Source: Alphaproteobacteria bacterium (GTDB lineage: Bacteria > Pseudomonadota > Alphaproteobacteria > GCA-2731375). From it: DNA of 64,000 nucleotides. How positions within the stretch are numbered: position 1 is the stretch's first letter; each line of letters opens with the position of its first letter. Below, piece by piece: positions 9,442 to 19,879 of this stretch. Position numbers and translations under genes: made by a program. The stretch is from positions 4,864,001-4,928,000 of the forward strand of contig CBDDPY010000002.1 of assembly GCA_965232515.1 (NCBI GenBank), read 5' to 3'. Below the pieces are notes generated by a model. It did no database searches, was not told the origin of the DNA, and worked only from the letters and a program-made list of their open reading frames with translations.

Positions 9442-10466
9442 CCCAGAAAATCCCGGCGACGGTAATTACCGGCTTTCTCGGTGCCGGCAAGACCAGCATG
9501 ATCCGGCACCTGTTGGGCCGCGCCAACGGTCGGCGGCTGGCATTGATCATCAATGAGTTCGGCGACCTCGGCGTCGACCGGGAGATCCTCGCCGGCTGCG
9601 AAATCGAGGGCTGCGCCGACGAAGATCTGGTCGAGCTCGCCAACGGCTGCATCTGCTGCACTGTCGCCGACGACTTTCTGCCGACCATCGAGGCCCTTCT
9701 CGACCGGCCAGAGCCACCCGACCACATCGTCATCGAGACCTCGGGCCTGGCCCTGCCGAAGCCGCTGGTCAAGGCCTTCAACTGGCCGGAGATCCGCACC
9801 CGCGTCACCGTCGATGGCGTCATTGCCGTGGTCGACGGCCCGGCGCTGGCCGAGGGCCGGTTTGCCGACGATCCCGACGCGGTGGCGGCGCAGCGGTCGG
9901 CCGATCCCAATCTCGATCACGAATCGCCGCTCGCCGAGTTGTTCGAGGACCAGCTCAACTGCGCCGACATCGTCGTCGTCAACAAGGCGGACCTGCTGGA
10001 CAAGACGGCGAAGCAGCGGGTCGAGACCGAGGTCCGGGCCGAGCTGAAGCGCGAGGCCAAGCTGCTGACGGCCGCCTATGGCGTGGTCGACCCGTCCGTG
10101 CTGCTGGGGCTCGATGCGGCCGCCGAGGACGACCTCGACAGCCGGCCGTCGCATCACGACGGCGACGACGATCACGACCACGACGATTTCGACAGCTTCG
10201 TGGTGCCGGTCGGCGAAATCGCCACACCGACAGATCTGTTGCAACGGCTGACGGCCGCCGTCGCCGCGCATGACATCCTGCGGGTGAAAGGCTTCGTGCC
10301 GGTCGCCGGCAAGGACATGCGGCTGCTGGTTCAGGGTGTGGGCGGGCGCTTTCAGCACTATTACGACCGGCCCTGGGCGCCGGACGACGACCGAGAGGGG
10401 CGGCTGGTGGTGATCGGCCAGACCGGCCTTGACGAAGCCGCCATCGCGCGGGCGCTGGTGGGCTAG
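9438..10466 (+). CDS. cobW: Cobalamin biosynthesis GTPase/metallochaperone CobW
   Basis: ITGFLGAGKT, NEFG, GCICC, IETSGLALPKPL, NKAD, His-rich HHDGDDDHDHDDF; ATGA overlap with cobU. Confidence 0.95.
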   Translation: MTQKIPATVITGFLGAGKTSMIRHLLGRANGRRLALIINEFGDLGVDREILAGCEIEGCADEDLVELANGCICCTVADDFLPTIEALLDRPEPPDHIVIETSGLALPKPLVKAFNWPEIRTRVTVDGVIAVVDGPALAEGRFADDPDAVAAQRSADPNLDHESPLAELFEDQLNCADIVVVNKADLLDKTAKQRVETEVRAELKREAKLLTAAYGVVDPSVLLGLDAAAEDDLDSRPSHHDGDDDHDHDDFDSFVVPVGEIATPTDLLQRLTAAVAAHDILRVKGFVPVAGKDMRLLVQGVGGRFQHYYDRPWAPDDDREGRLVVIGQTGLDEAAIARALVG

Positions 10467-10470
10467 CGGC

Positions 10471-13400
10471 TTGCATCTGCTGGCGGCACAACCCGGCGGC
10501 GTCGCCGACAGTGGCGAGGCCGTCGACCTGGGGCAGAGCCCCGGCGACATTGTCGTGCTGTCGGCCGCCGATACCGAGATCGCCTGTCTGGCGGCGGCAC
10601 GCACGCGGTTGGGCGAGGCGTTCCCGCGCGTGCGGCTCGCCAACCTGATGAACCTGATGCACAACCTGTCGGTCGACACCTATGTGGATGACGTTGTCCG
10701 GCACGCGCGCATCGTGGTGGTACGGCTGCTGGGCGGCGTCTCCTACTGGCCCTATGGTGTCGAACAGCTCGTCGCCTGCTGCCGTGACAACGGCATCGCG
10801 CTCGCGCTGCTGCCGGGCGACGACCAGCCCGACGCCGGCCTCGACGGTCTCTGCACGCTTCCGCGCGAGGCGGCGCACCGGCTCTGGCAGTACGGCGTTC
10901 ACGGCGGCATCGAGAACGCCGCGAACCTGCTGCGCTACGCCGCCGATCTGATCGGCGAGGCCAGCGATTGGGACGAACCGGCGCCGCTGCTGCGCGCCGG
11001 CATCTATTGGCCGGACCTTGATCGTCCCGGCATCGACGATTTGCGCGCGGCCTGGACCGACAATGCACCGGTGGCCGCGATCGTGTTCTATCGCGCTCTG
11101 GTGCAGGCGGCCAATCTGGCGCCGGTCGATGCCCTGATCCAGGCACTCAGAGTGCGCGGCATCAATCCATTGCCGATTTATGCCGCCAGCCTGAAGGAAC
11201 CGGTCGCCGCCGGCATCGTCCGGACGCTGTTGGCGGACGCCCCGCCCGATGCGATTCTGAACGCCACCGCCTTCGCCATTTCCACGCCCGGCGCTGCACG
11301 GACCGAAACGCCGTTCGACGCGTCAGATTGTCCGGTCTTCCAAGTGGTGTTCGCCGGCGGCGCCGAGGCGGCCTGGCGCGACGGCCTCAACGGCCTGTCG
11401 GCCCGCGACATCGCCATGAACGTGGCCTTGCCCGAGGTCGACGGCCGCCTGATCACCCGGGCCGTCTCGTTCAAGGCGGAGGCCCGCTTCGACGCCGCCA
11501 CCGAAACGTCCGTTGTCGCCTATGAGTGCGTGCCGGACCGGATCGACTTCGTCGCCGACCTCGCCGCCGCCTGGAGCCGCCTGCGCCGCGCCGACCCGGC
11601 CGACCGCCGCGTGGCGCTGATCCTCGCCAACTATCCCAACCGCGACGGCCGCATCGGCAACGGCGTCGGCCTCGACACGCCGGCCGGCGCCGCGAACGTC
11701 CTGCGCGAGCTCGACAGGGCCGGCTACGCGGTCAATGATCTGCCATCCGATGGCAACGCCCTGATCGCGCGACTGTTGACCGGACCGACGAATGACCGGC
11801 GACAGAGCTGCGAGCAAGACGGCGGCGAGACGTTGTCGCTCGCCGACTATGAGCTGTTCTTCTCTGGCTTGCCGGCCACGGTGCGCGAACAGGTCCGCGA
11901 CCGCTGGGGCCCGCCCGAGGCCGATCCATTCTTCGTCGCGGGCGACGTCGATTGCGGCCGGTTCCGGCTGCCCGTGCATCGGCTCGGCAACATCGCGCTC
12001 GCGGTGCAGCCGGCGCGCGGTTACAACATCGATCCAGCGGAAAGCTATCACGATCCCGATCTGCCGCCGCCGCATGGCTATCTCGCCTTCTACGCTTGGC
12101 TGCGCCGGGACTTCGATGCCCATGCCGCCGTCCACATGGGCAAGCATGGCAACCTGGAATGGCTGCCGGGGAAGGCGCTGGCCCTGTCGGCGGACTGTTT
12201 CCCGGAAGCCGCCTTTGGCCCGCTGCCGCATCTCTATCCCTTCATCGTCAACGATCCCGGCGAAGGCAGTCAGGCCAAGCGCCGCACGGCGGCCGTCATC
12301 GTCGATCACCTGACGCCACCGCTGACCCGCGCCGAGAGCTACGGCCCGTTGAAGGAGCTGGAGCGTCTGGTTGACGAATACTACGCGGCGGCCGGCATGG
12401 ACCCGCGCCGTCTCAAGCTGCTGCGCGGCCAGATCCTCGAGCTCTGCCGCGGCACCGGCCTCGACCGCGACTGCGGCATCGCCCCGGATGACGGCGTCGA
12501 CGACGCGCTGCAGAAGCTCGACGCCTATCTCTGCGAGCTGAAGGAAATGCAGATCCGCCACGGCCTGCACGTCTTCGGCCAGTCGCCTGACGGCGACCTG
12601 TTGACAGACCTCCTGGTGGCGCTCGTCCGCGTGCCGCGCGGCACCGGCGACGACGCGGACGCCTCGCTGATCCGGGCGTTGGCGGCGGACCTGGGCCTCG
12701 ACGGTTTCGACCCGTTGGACTGCGACATGGCCGCGCCATGGCACGGCGCGCGACCGGACGCATTGCAAAACGGCATCGTCTGGCGCAGCCACGGCGACAC
12801 GGTCGAGCTGTTGGAAGCATTGGCGCGCGATCTCGTCGCCGGCAAGCGTGCGCCAGCGGTCGAATGGACGGGAACCCAAGCCGTTTTGTCGCAGATCGAC
12901 GCGCAACTGCGCCCGGCCGTGGCGGACTGCGGCGCGGCCGAGATCGCCGGCCTGATGCGCGGCCTCGACGGCCGTTTCGTCGCGCCCGGACCGTCCGGCG
13001 CGCCGACCCGCGGCCGGCCGGACGTGCTGCCGACCGGCCGCAACTTCTATTCCGTCGATACCCGCACCGTGCCCACACCAGCCGCCTGGCAGCTCGGCTG
13101 GAAGTCGGCCAACCTGCTGCTCGAGCGCTATCGGCAGGAAAACGGCGAATGGCCGACGGCATTGGCGTTGTCTGCCTGGGGTACGGCCAACATGCGCACC
13201 GGCGGCGATGACCTGGCGCAGGCCATGGCCTTGCTCGGCGTGCGGCCGACCTGGGACGGCGCGTCGAGCCGCGTCACCGGTTTCGAGGTGCTGCCGCTCG
13301 ACTTGCTCGACCGCCCACGCGTCGACGTCACGCTGCGCATCTCCGGTTTCTTCCGCGACGCCTTCCCGGCGCAGATCGACCTGCTCGACCGCGCCGTGCG

Positions 13401-14220
13401 TCGTGTGGCCGAACTGGACGAGCCGCCGGCGCTCAATCCAATTGCCGACCGTGTCGCGGCCGATGCGACGCGGTTGCGCGATACGGGTTTGGACGAGACG
13501 GCCGCCGCCGCGCGCGCGGCGCACCGTATCTTCGGCTCGAAGCCGGGCGCCTATGGCGCGGGCCTGCAGGCCTTGATCGACGAGCGGGGCTGGCGCTCGG
13601 ATGCCGATCTCGCGCGCGCCTACGTGGCCTGGGGCGGCTATGCCTATGGTGCTGGCGGCGGCGCTGCCGAGCATCGGCTGTTCGAGCGGCGCCTGAAGGA
13701 CATCGAGCTGGTGCTGCACAACCAGGACAACCGGGAGCACGACCTGCTCGACTCCGACGACTATTACCAGTTCGAGGGCGGCATCACCGCCGCCGTGCGC
13801 ATCGCCTCCGGCCGGCAGCCGGCGGTCTATCACAACGATCATTCCCGGCCCGAGAGCCCGAAGATCCGCACGCTGGAAGAAGAAATCGGCCGCGTCGTCC
13901 GCGCCCGTGTCGTCAATCCGAAATGGATCGCCGGCGTCATGCGGCACGGCTACAAGGGCGCGTTCGAGATGGCGGCGACGGTCGATTATCTCTTCGCCTT
14001 CGCGGCGACGGCGCGCTGCGTCGCCGACCATCACTTCGATGCGGTATACGATGCCTATCTGGGCGACGACGATGTGCGCGACTTCATCGCCGACAACAAT
14101 CCGGCGGCGCTGCGCGAGATCGCCGAGCGGCTGATCGAGGCTCAGGAACGGGGACTCTGGCGGCCGCGCCGCAATTCGACCGCCGGACATCTGGCCGACC
14201 TGGCCGGGGAGGGGACATGA
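10471..14220 (+). CDS. cobN: Cobaltochelatase subunit CobN
   Basis: MHLLAAQPG N-terminus (TTG 10471), HMGKHGNLEWLPGK, NDPGEG, VLPTGRNFYSVD, RISGFFRDAFP, NPKWI. Confidence 0.96.
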   Translation: MHLLAAQPGGVADSGEAVDLGQSPGDIVVLSAADTEIACLAAARTRLGEAFPRVRLANLMNLMHNLSVDTYVDDVVRHARIVVVRLLGGVSYWPYGVEQLVACCRDNGIALALLPGDDQPDAGLDGLCTLPREAAHRLWQYGVHGGIENAANLLRYAADLIGEASDWDEPAPLLRAGIYWPDLDRPGIDDLRAAWTDNAPVAAIVFYRALVQAANLAPVDALIQALRVRGINPLPIYAASLKEPVAAGIVRTLLADAPPDAILNATAFAISTPGAARTETPFDASDCPVFQVVFAGGAEAAWRDGLNGLSARDIAMNVALPEVDGRLITRAVSFKAEARFDAATETSVVAYECVPDRIDFVADLAAAWSRLRRADPADRRVALILANYPNRDGRIGNGVGLDTPAGAANVLRELDRAGYAVNDLPSDGNALIARLLTGPTNDRRQSCEQDGGETLSLADYELFFSGLPATVREQVRDRWGPPEADPFFVAGDVDCGRFRLPVHRLGNIALAVQPARGYNIDPAESYHDPDLPPPHGYLAFYAWLRRDFDAHAAVHMGKHGNLEWLPGKALALSADCFPEAAFGPLPHLYPFIVNDPGEGSQAKRRTAAVIVDHLTPPLTRAESYGPLKELERLVDEYYAAAGMDPRRLKLLRGQILELCRGTGLDRDCGIAPDDGVDDALQKLDAYLCELKEMQIRHGLHVFGQSPDGDLLTDLLVALVRVPRGTGDDADASLIRALAADLGLDGFDPLDCDMAAPWHGARPDALQNGIVWRSHGDTVELLEALARDLVAGKRAPAVEWTGTQAVLSQIDAQLRPAVADCGAAEIAGLMRGLDGRFVAPGPSGAPTRGRPDVLPTGRNFYSVDTRTVPTPAAWQLGWKSANLLLERYRQENGEWPTALALSAWGTANMRTGGDDLAQAMALLGVRPTWDGASSRVTGFEVLPLDLLDRPRVDVTLRISGFFRDAFPAQIDLLDRAVRRVAELDEPPALNPIADRVAADATRLRDTGLDETAAAARAAHRIFGSKPGAYGAGLQALIDERGWRSDADLARAYVAWGGYAYGAGGGAAEHRLFERRLKDIELVLHNQDNREHDLLDSDDYYQFEGGITAAVRIASGRQPAVYHNDHSRPESPKIRTLEEEIGRVVRARVVNPKWIAGVMRHGYKGAFEMAATVDYLFAFAATARCVADHHFDAVYDAYLGDDDVRDFIADNNPAALREIAERLIEAQERGLWRPRRNSTAGHLADLAGEGT

Positions 14221-14852
14221 CCAGCGAACCGACGCAAGCCGAGCTCGACGCCCGCCACGCCGAGAAGATGCGCAAGAAGAAGGCCGCGCGCGACAAGATC
14301 CTGGCCACCAAGACCATCGAGAAGGGCCTGCTGATCGTTCACACCGGCAAGGGCAAGGGCAAGTCGACGGCGGCATTCGGCCTGGTCATGCGGGCGCTGG
14401 GCCGCGGTTTCCCCATCGGCATCGTGCAGTTCGTCAAGGGCAAGTGGGAGACCGGTGAGCGTGCCGTGCTGGAGAAGTTCCCCGATCTCGTCACCATGCG
14501 CACCATGGGCGAGGGCTTCACCTGGGACACCCAGGACCGGCAGCGCGACATCGACGCCGCCCGGCAGGCCTGGGACGTGGCGAAGGAGATGATCGAGGCC
14601 AGCCGTGGCCCGGACCCGGCCTACAAGATGATCCTGCTGGACGAGCTCAACATCGTGCTGCGCTACGACTATCTCGACATTGACGAGGTCGTGGACGTGC
14701 TGTCGAACCGGCCGCCCGATCTGCACGTCATCGTCACCGGCCGCAACGCCAAGGAGCCGCTGATCGAGGCGGCCGACCTCGTTACCGAGATGACCATGGT
14801 CAAGCACCCCTTCCGCGCCGGCGTGAAGGCGCAGCCGGGCATCGAGTTCTAG
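14217..14852 (+). CDS. cobO: Cob(I)yrinic acid a,c-diamide adenosyltransferase
   Basis: [46 protein letters not shown]. Confidence 0.95.
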   Translation: MTSEPTQAELDARHAEKMRKKKAARDKILATKTIEKGLLIVHTGKGKGKSTAAFGLVMRALGRGFPIGIVQFVKGKWETGERAVLEKFPDLVTMRTMGEGFTWDTQDRQRDIDAARQAWDVAKEMIEASRGPDPAYKMILLDELNIVLRYDYLDIDEVVDVLSNRPPDLHVIVTGRNAKEPLIEAADLVTEMTMVKHPFRAGVKAQPGIEF

Positions 14853-14860
14853 GGATTGCG

Positions 14861-16327
14861 ATGGCCACATCAGCGCTCATGTTCCAGGGCACCGGCTCCG
14901 ATGTCGGCAAGTCGACCGTCGTCGCCGGTCTCTGCCGCGCCTATGCTCGCCGGGGCTTGGCCGTGCGGCCGTTCAAGCCGCAGAACATGTCGAACAATGC
15001 CGCCGTCACGCCGGACGGCGGCGAGATCGGCCGGGCCCAGGCGCTGCAGGCGCGCGCCTGCGGCGTCGCACCCCATGTCGACATGAACCCGGTGCTGTTG
15101 AAACCACAGACCGAGATCGGCGCCCAGGTCGTAGTTCGCGGCCGTGTCATCGGCAACGCCAAGGCGCGCGAATACCAGGACATGAAGGCATCGCTGTTGC
15201 CCGACGTGCTCGATAGTTTCGACCGCCTGTCGCAAGACGCCGACCTGCTGCTGGTCGAGGGCGCCGGCAGCGCCTCGGAGGTGAACCTGCGCGCCGGCGA
15301 CATCGCCAACATGGGCTTCGCCGAGGCGGCCGACCTGCCGGTGGCGCTGATCGGCGACATCGACCGGGGCGGCGTCATCGCCGCCGTCGTCGGCACCTGC
15401 GCCCTGCTGCCGCCGGCCGAACGTGCGCGCCTCAAGGGCTATCTGATCAACAAGTTCCGGGGCGACGTCTCGCTGTTCGATGATGGTCTCGACATCATCC
15501 GCGACCGCACCGGCCTCGCCAGCTTCGGCGTCGTGCCGTATTTCCCCGACGCGCGGCAATTGCCGGCCGAGGATGCATTGGCACTCGACAGCCAGAGCTA
15601 TAGCGGTGACCGGCCACTCCGCATCGCCGTGCCGCAACTCTCGCGCATCGCCAACTTCGATGACCTCGATCCGCTGCGGGCCGAGCCCGATGTCGCGGTC
15701 GACGTGGTGCCGCCGGGCCGCGCGCTGCCGGGCGACGCCGATTTGATCCTGCTGCCGGGCTCGAAGGCGACGCTCGCCGATCTCGCATTTCTGCGCGAAC
15801 AGGGCTGGGACATCGATGTATCAGCCCATGTTCGCCGCGGCGGCGCCGTCATCGGCATCTGCGCCGGCTTCCAGATGCTGGGCCGCGAAGTCGCCGACCC
15901 CGACGGCATCGAGGGCGCCGCCGGCCGCGCCCCCGGCCTCGGCCTGCTCGACGTAACGACCAGACTGACGGCCGAGAAGGCGTTGATCCAAGTCGAGGGT
16001 GTCGCCCGCGACGGCGGCGAACCGGTGCGCGGTTACGAAATGCATGTCGGCGTCACCGACGGTCCGGACCTGGCCCGGCCATTCCTGACGCTCGGCAACC
16101 GCGACGACGGGGCGGTCTCGGCCGACGGCCGGGTGATGGGCTGCTACGTGCACGGGCTGTTCGCCGCCGACGGCTTTCGCCACGCCTTCCTAAACAAGCT
16201 CACATCGCGGCCGGAAAGCGGTGTCGTCTTCGACACGGTCGTCGAGCAAACCCTCGACGCGCTGGCCGATCATCTGGAAGCAGCCCTCGATCTCGACGCC
16301 ATGCTGGAGGTGTCGCGTGCTAGATAA
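14861..16327 (+). CDS. cobQ: Cobyric acid synthase
   Basis: [51 protein letters not shown]. Confidence 0.96.
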   Translation: MATSALMFQGTGSDVGKSTVVAGLCRAYARRGLAVRPFKPQNMSNNAAVTPDGGEIGRAQALQARACGVAPHVDMNPVLLKPQTEIGAQVVVRGRVIGNAKAREYQDMKASLLPDVLDSFDRLSQDADLLLVEGAGSASEVNLRAGDIANMGFAEAADLPVALIGDIDRGGVIAAVVGTCALLPPAERARLKGYLINKFRGDVSLFDDGLDIIRDRTGLASFGVVPYFPDARQLPAEDALALDSQSYSGDRPLRIAVPQLSRIANFDDLDPLRAEPDVAVDVVPPGRALPGDADLILLPGSKATLADLAFLREQGWDIDVSAHVRRGGAVIGICAGFQMLGREVADPDGIEGAAGRAPGLGLLDVTTRLTAEKALIQVEGVARDGGEPVRGYEMHVGVTDGPDLARPFLTLGNRDDGAVSADGRVMGCYVHGLFAADGFRHAFLNKLTSRPESGVVFDTVVEQTLDALADHLEAALDLDAMLEVSRAR

Positions 16328-17282
16328 GCCAGCACAACACGACCGCCGCCAGCAGCAGACCGCAGGCGATGGCGTAGAGCCTGAGCGCCCTGCGGATATC
16401 GTCGCTGGTGACGGCGCTGCGTCCGTCGCCCATCCAGGGATCGTCCTTGACGACGCCGCCGTAGCGTCGCGGCCCGTTCAGCGCCAGACCCAGCGCGCCG
16501 GCCATGGCTGCCTCCTGCCAGCCGGCGTTGGGCGAGCGATGCTTGCGCGCGTCGCGCCACATGGCGCGCCAGGCGTTGCCGGCCTCGGCCCAGGGAAACG
16601 CCGCCAGCGCCAGCAACCCGCCGGCAATCCGTGCCGGGATCAGGTTCACCAGGTCGTCGATGCGCGCCGCCGCCCAGCCGAACCTGCGGTAACGCGGCGC
16701 GGTATGGCCGATCATGCTGTCCGCCGTGTTGATCGCCTTGTAGGCCAGCAGGCCCGGCAGGCCGAGCAGCAGGTACCAGAACACCGGCGCCACGACGCCG
16801 TCGGAGAAGTTCTCGGCGCAGGATTCGATGGCCGCCCGGCCAACGCCCGCCGTGTCCAGCGACCGCGGATCGCGTCCGACGATATGCGCGACGGCCAACC
16901 GGCCGCCGTAGAGGCCATCGCGGTCCAGCGCACGGGCCACGGCCGCGACGTGGCCGTAGAGGTCGCGCTGCGCGATCAGCGTGGCGACCGCGAGAACCTC
17001 GATCAGCCAGCCGAACGGGAGTGCGCCGAAGATCCTGGTCAGCAACGCGCCGATGCTGGCCGCGAGGCCGGCCGTCAGCAGTATTGCCGCCAGTCCGCGC
17101 AACCGCCGCGCCTCGCCCCGGTTCAACTCCGCCTCGAGCCGGCCGACCAGCCGGCCGAACAGCACCACCGGATGCGGCACCCGGCGGTAAAGCGCCTTCG
17201 GATCGCCGATCAGCCAGTCCAGCAACAGCGCCAGCGTCAGCACGGCGCAAAGATCCACACCCGGAGTCGTCGACAACAACAT
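16320..17282 (-). CDS. cbiB: Adenosylcobinamide-phosphate synthase CbiB/CobD
   Basis: [59 protein letters not shown]. Confidence 0.94.
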   Translation of the reverse strand: MLLSTTPGVDLCAVLTLALLLDWLIGDPKALYRRVPHPVVLFGRLVGRLEAELNRGEARRLRGLAAILLTAGLAASIGALLTRIFGALPFGWLIEVLAVATLIAQRDLYGHVAAVARALDRDGLYGGRLAVAHIVGRDPRSLDTAGVGRAAIESCAENFSDGVVAPVFWYLLLGLPGLLAYKAINTADSMIGHTAPRYRRFGWAAARIDDLVNLIPARIAGGLLALAAFPWAEAGNAWRAMWRDARKHRSPNAGWQEAAMAGALGLALNGPRRYGGVVKDDPWMGDGRSAVTSDDIRRALRLYAIACGLLLAAVVLCWLI

Positions 17283-17320
17283 GCCGACAGCATAAGTCGG
17301 TCGCAGAGGATGAAAACAGC

Positions 17321-18340
17321 ATGAGCAGATTGGGCGTCATGGTATGCGGCCACGGCAGCCGCGATACCGAGGCCGTGAGCGAATTCGAGGCCATCGCCAA
17401 CGGCCTGAAGGAACGCCTGCCGCAATACGACGTCGACAGCGGGTTCCTGGAATTCGCCCGGCCGATCATCCGCGACGGCCTCGACGCCCTGCGCGGCCGC
17501 GGCGTTCGCCGCATCCTGGCCGTGCCCGGCATGCTGTTCGCCGCGGGCCACGCCAAGAACGACATCCCTTCGGTGCTGAACACCTACGCGGCGCAACATG
17601 ACGATGTCGAAATCAACTATGGCCGCGAGCTCGGCATCGACCTGAAGCTGATCCGCGCCGCCGGCGACCGCATCGAGGCGGCGCTGGCCGCGGCCGGCGG
17701 CGATGTTGCCCGCCACGACACCTGCCTGGTCGTGGTCGGCCGCGGCGCGTCGGACCCCGACGCCAATTCCAACGTCGCCAAGGTCAGCCGCATGCTGTGG
17801 GAAGGCATGGGCTTCGGCTGGGCCGAGACCTGCTATTCCGGCGTCACCTTCCCGCTGGTCGAGCCGGGGCTGGAGCATGCCGCGCGGCTCGGCTATCGGC
17901 GTATCGTCGTCTTCCCCTACTTCCTGTTCACCGGCGTGCTGGTGAAGCGCATCTACAGCTACACCGACAAGGTCGCCGCCCGGCATCCGGAGATTGAGTT
18001 CATCAAGGCCGGCTATCTCAACGATCACCCGCTGGTGCTCGATACCTTCGCGGACCGCGTCGCCGAGATCCTGGACGGCACGAACGTCATGAACTGCCAG
18101 CTCTGCAAGTACCGCGAGCAGGTGCTGGGCTTCGAAACGGAAGTTGGCCTGGCGCAGGAAAGCCACCACCATCACGTCGAGGGCATTGGCACCGACGCAG
18201 ATCACGCGCACGACCATGGTCACAGTCATGGCCACGACCATCATCACGGCAATGGCCATCACCACCATCATCACCATCCCTACCCGCATGCCGACCATCC
18301 GCTGGGGCCGCGCAGCATGAAGGCGGACGACGCCGGCTAG
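17321..18340 (+). CDS. cbiX: Sirohydrochlorin cobaltochelatase CbiX (long form, MxCxxC motif, His-rich tail)
   Basis: CGHGSRD, FLEFARP, AGHAKNDIP, VGRGASDPDAN, PYFLFTG, MNCQLCKYR, poly-His C-terminus. Confidence 0.92.
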   Translation: MSRLGVMVCGHGSRDTEAVSEFEAIANGLKERLPQYDVDSGFLEFARPIIRDGLDALRGRGVRRILAVPGMLFAAGHAKNDIPSVLNTYAAQHDDVEINYGRELGIDLKLIRAAGDRIEAALAAAGGDVARHDTCLVVVGRGASDPDANSNVAKVSRMLWEGMGFGWAETCYSGVTFPLVEPGLEHAARLGYRRIVVFPYFLFTGVLVKRIYSYTDKVAARHPEIEFIKAGYLNDHPLVLDTFADRVAEILDGTNVMNCQLCKYREQVLGFETEVGLAQESHHHHVEGIGTDADHAHDHGHSHGHDHHHGNGHHHHHHHPYPHADHPLGPRSMKADDAG

Positions 18341-19879
18341 ATGCCGATCTTCGACGCCTATCTGATCGTCGACTGGAGCGCGAACGCGACGCCCAAGCGG
18401 GGCGCGGACAGCATCTGGTATTGCCTGCTGCGCCGGACCAAACGCGGCTTGCGGCGCACGGCGTTGCGCAACCCGCCGACACGCGCGCAGGCGGTCGCCG
18501 AGCTGCGGCAGCGGTTGCTCGATCTGGTCGCGGCCGACCGGCGCGTGCTGATCGGCTTCGATTTCCCGAACGCCTATCCCAAGGGTTTCGCCCGTCGCGC
18601 CGGCTTTCGCGGGGTCCCCTGGCGCGCGGTCTGGGACGGCGTGCGCGATTTGATCGAGGATGCCGACGACAACGCCAACAACCGCTTCGAGGTCGCGGCC
18701 GAGCTGAACCGGCGGGTCTCGGGCGCGGCCTACCCCTTCTGGGGCTGCCCGCCGGCCCGGACCGGGCCCTATCTCTCCATGCGCAAGACGCCGCTGCACC
18801 GCGCCGGCGGCGACGTGCCGGAGCGACGGATCTGCGAGCGTTACGTGCCCTCGACGCAACCCTGCTGGAAGCTCTACACCACCGGCTCGGTCGGCGGGCA
18901 GGCATTGACCGGCATTCCGGCGATGGCCGGCTTATGCGACGATCCGGCGCTGGCCGGCGTCAGCGAAGTCTGGCCGTTCGAGACCGGCATGGCGGCGCCG
19001 GATCCGGCCGGTCCCTGGCGCGTGATCCACGCCGAGATCTATCCCTCCATGGTCAAGGTCGCGCCCGGTCCCGACGAAATAAAGGACGCGTTGCAGGTCG
19101 AGACCATCGGCCGCCGCTTCGCCGAGATCGACGCGGCCGACGCGCTCACCCGGCAATTCACCGGGCCCGACGAGCTCACCGCCGCCGAGCGGCGGTTGAT
19201 CGAGCGCGAGGAAGGCTGGATCCTCGGCGCCGGCACCTTCGATACGCCAGCGCGCGACGACTATCTGCGCGATCCGGAAGCGATCTACGCGCAATCCTTC
19301 GCCACGATCCGCCGCGAGGCCGCGCTCGACGGCCTGCCGCGCGACATTGCGGATGTCGCGGTGCGTCTGATACATGCCTGCGGTATGACCGATCTGGTGG
19401 CCGATCTCGCCTTCACCCGCGACGTCGCCCGCGCCGCGAAACGGGCGCTGCGCGATGGTGCGCCGGTGCTGTGCGATTCCGAGATGACCGCACGCGGCAT
19501 CATCCGTCGCAGGCTGCCGGCCAAAAACCGCGTCCTCTGCACGCTCGGTCACAAGCGCGTGCCGGCGCTTGCGGCGAAGGACAAGACCACGCGGTCCGCC
19601 GCTGCCGTCGATCTCTGGCGGCGCTATCTCGACGGCGCGGTGGTCGCGATCGGCAACGCGCCCACGGCGTTGTTCCGCCTGCTGGAGTTGTTGCGCGACG
19701 GCGCGCCGCGCCCCGCCGCCATTATCGGCCTGCCGGTCGGTTTCGTCGGCGCGGCGGAATCGAAACAAGCGCTGATCGATGCGGATCTCGGCGTTCCCTA
19801 TCTGACGCTGCGCGGCCGGCGCGGCGGCAGCGCCATGGCCGCCGCCGCCGTCAACGCCATCGCCGGAGCCGCGAAATGA
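18341..19879 (+). CDS. cobH: Fusion of an uncharacterised N-terminal domain (DUF429/RNase H-like by motif) with C-terminal precorrin-8X methylmutase CobH
   Basis: From ~19259: DYLRDPEAIYAQSF, RLIHACG, TRSAAAVDLW, IGNAPTALF, GLPVGFVGAAESK, GRRGGSAMAAAAVNA = CobH/CbiC; preceded in frame by ~305 aa with IVDWS, GFDFP, AEIYPS, KDA, EEGWIL. Confidence 0.9.
   Translation: MPIFDAYLIVDWSANATPKRGADSIWYCLLRRTKRGLRRTALRNPPTRAQAVAELRQRLLDLVAADRRVLIGFDFPNAYPKGFARRAGFRGVPWRAVWDGVRDLIEDADDNANNRFEVAAELNRRVSGAAYPFWGCPPARTGPYLSMRKTPLHRAGGDVPERRICERYVPSTQPCWKLYTTGSVGGQALTGIPAMAGLCDDPALAGVSEVWPFETGMAAPDPAGPWRVIHAEIYPSMVKVAPGPDEIKDALQVETIGRRFAEIDAADALTRQFTGPDELTAAERRLIEREEGWILGAGTFDTPARDDYLRDPEAIYAQSFATIRREAALDGLPRDIADVAVRLIHACGMTDLVADLAFTRDVARAAKRALRDGAPVLCDSEMTARGIIRRRLPAKNRVLCTLGHKRVPALAAKDKTTRSAAAVDLWRRYLDGAVVAIGNAPTALFRLLELLRDGAPRPAAIIGLPVGFVGAAESKQALIDADLGVPYLTLRGRRGGSAMAAAAVNAIAGAAK

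Noticed and set aside
11323-14376. 1017-aa minus-strand ORF, and similar long antisense ORFs (40328-43000, 43221-45140, 55532-57883, 27078-29006)
   Set aside because: Shadow frames opposite well-supported genes; strong GC3 bias depletes stop codons on the opposite strand, and no motifs are recognisable
18164-18300. CAC/CAT-rich repetitive DNA as a possible array
   Set aside because: It encodes the His-rich tail of CbiX; there is no repeat-spacer periodicity
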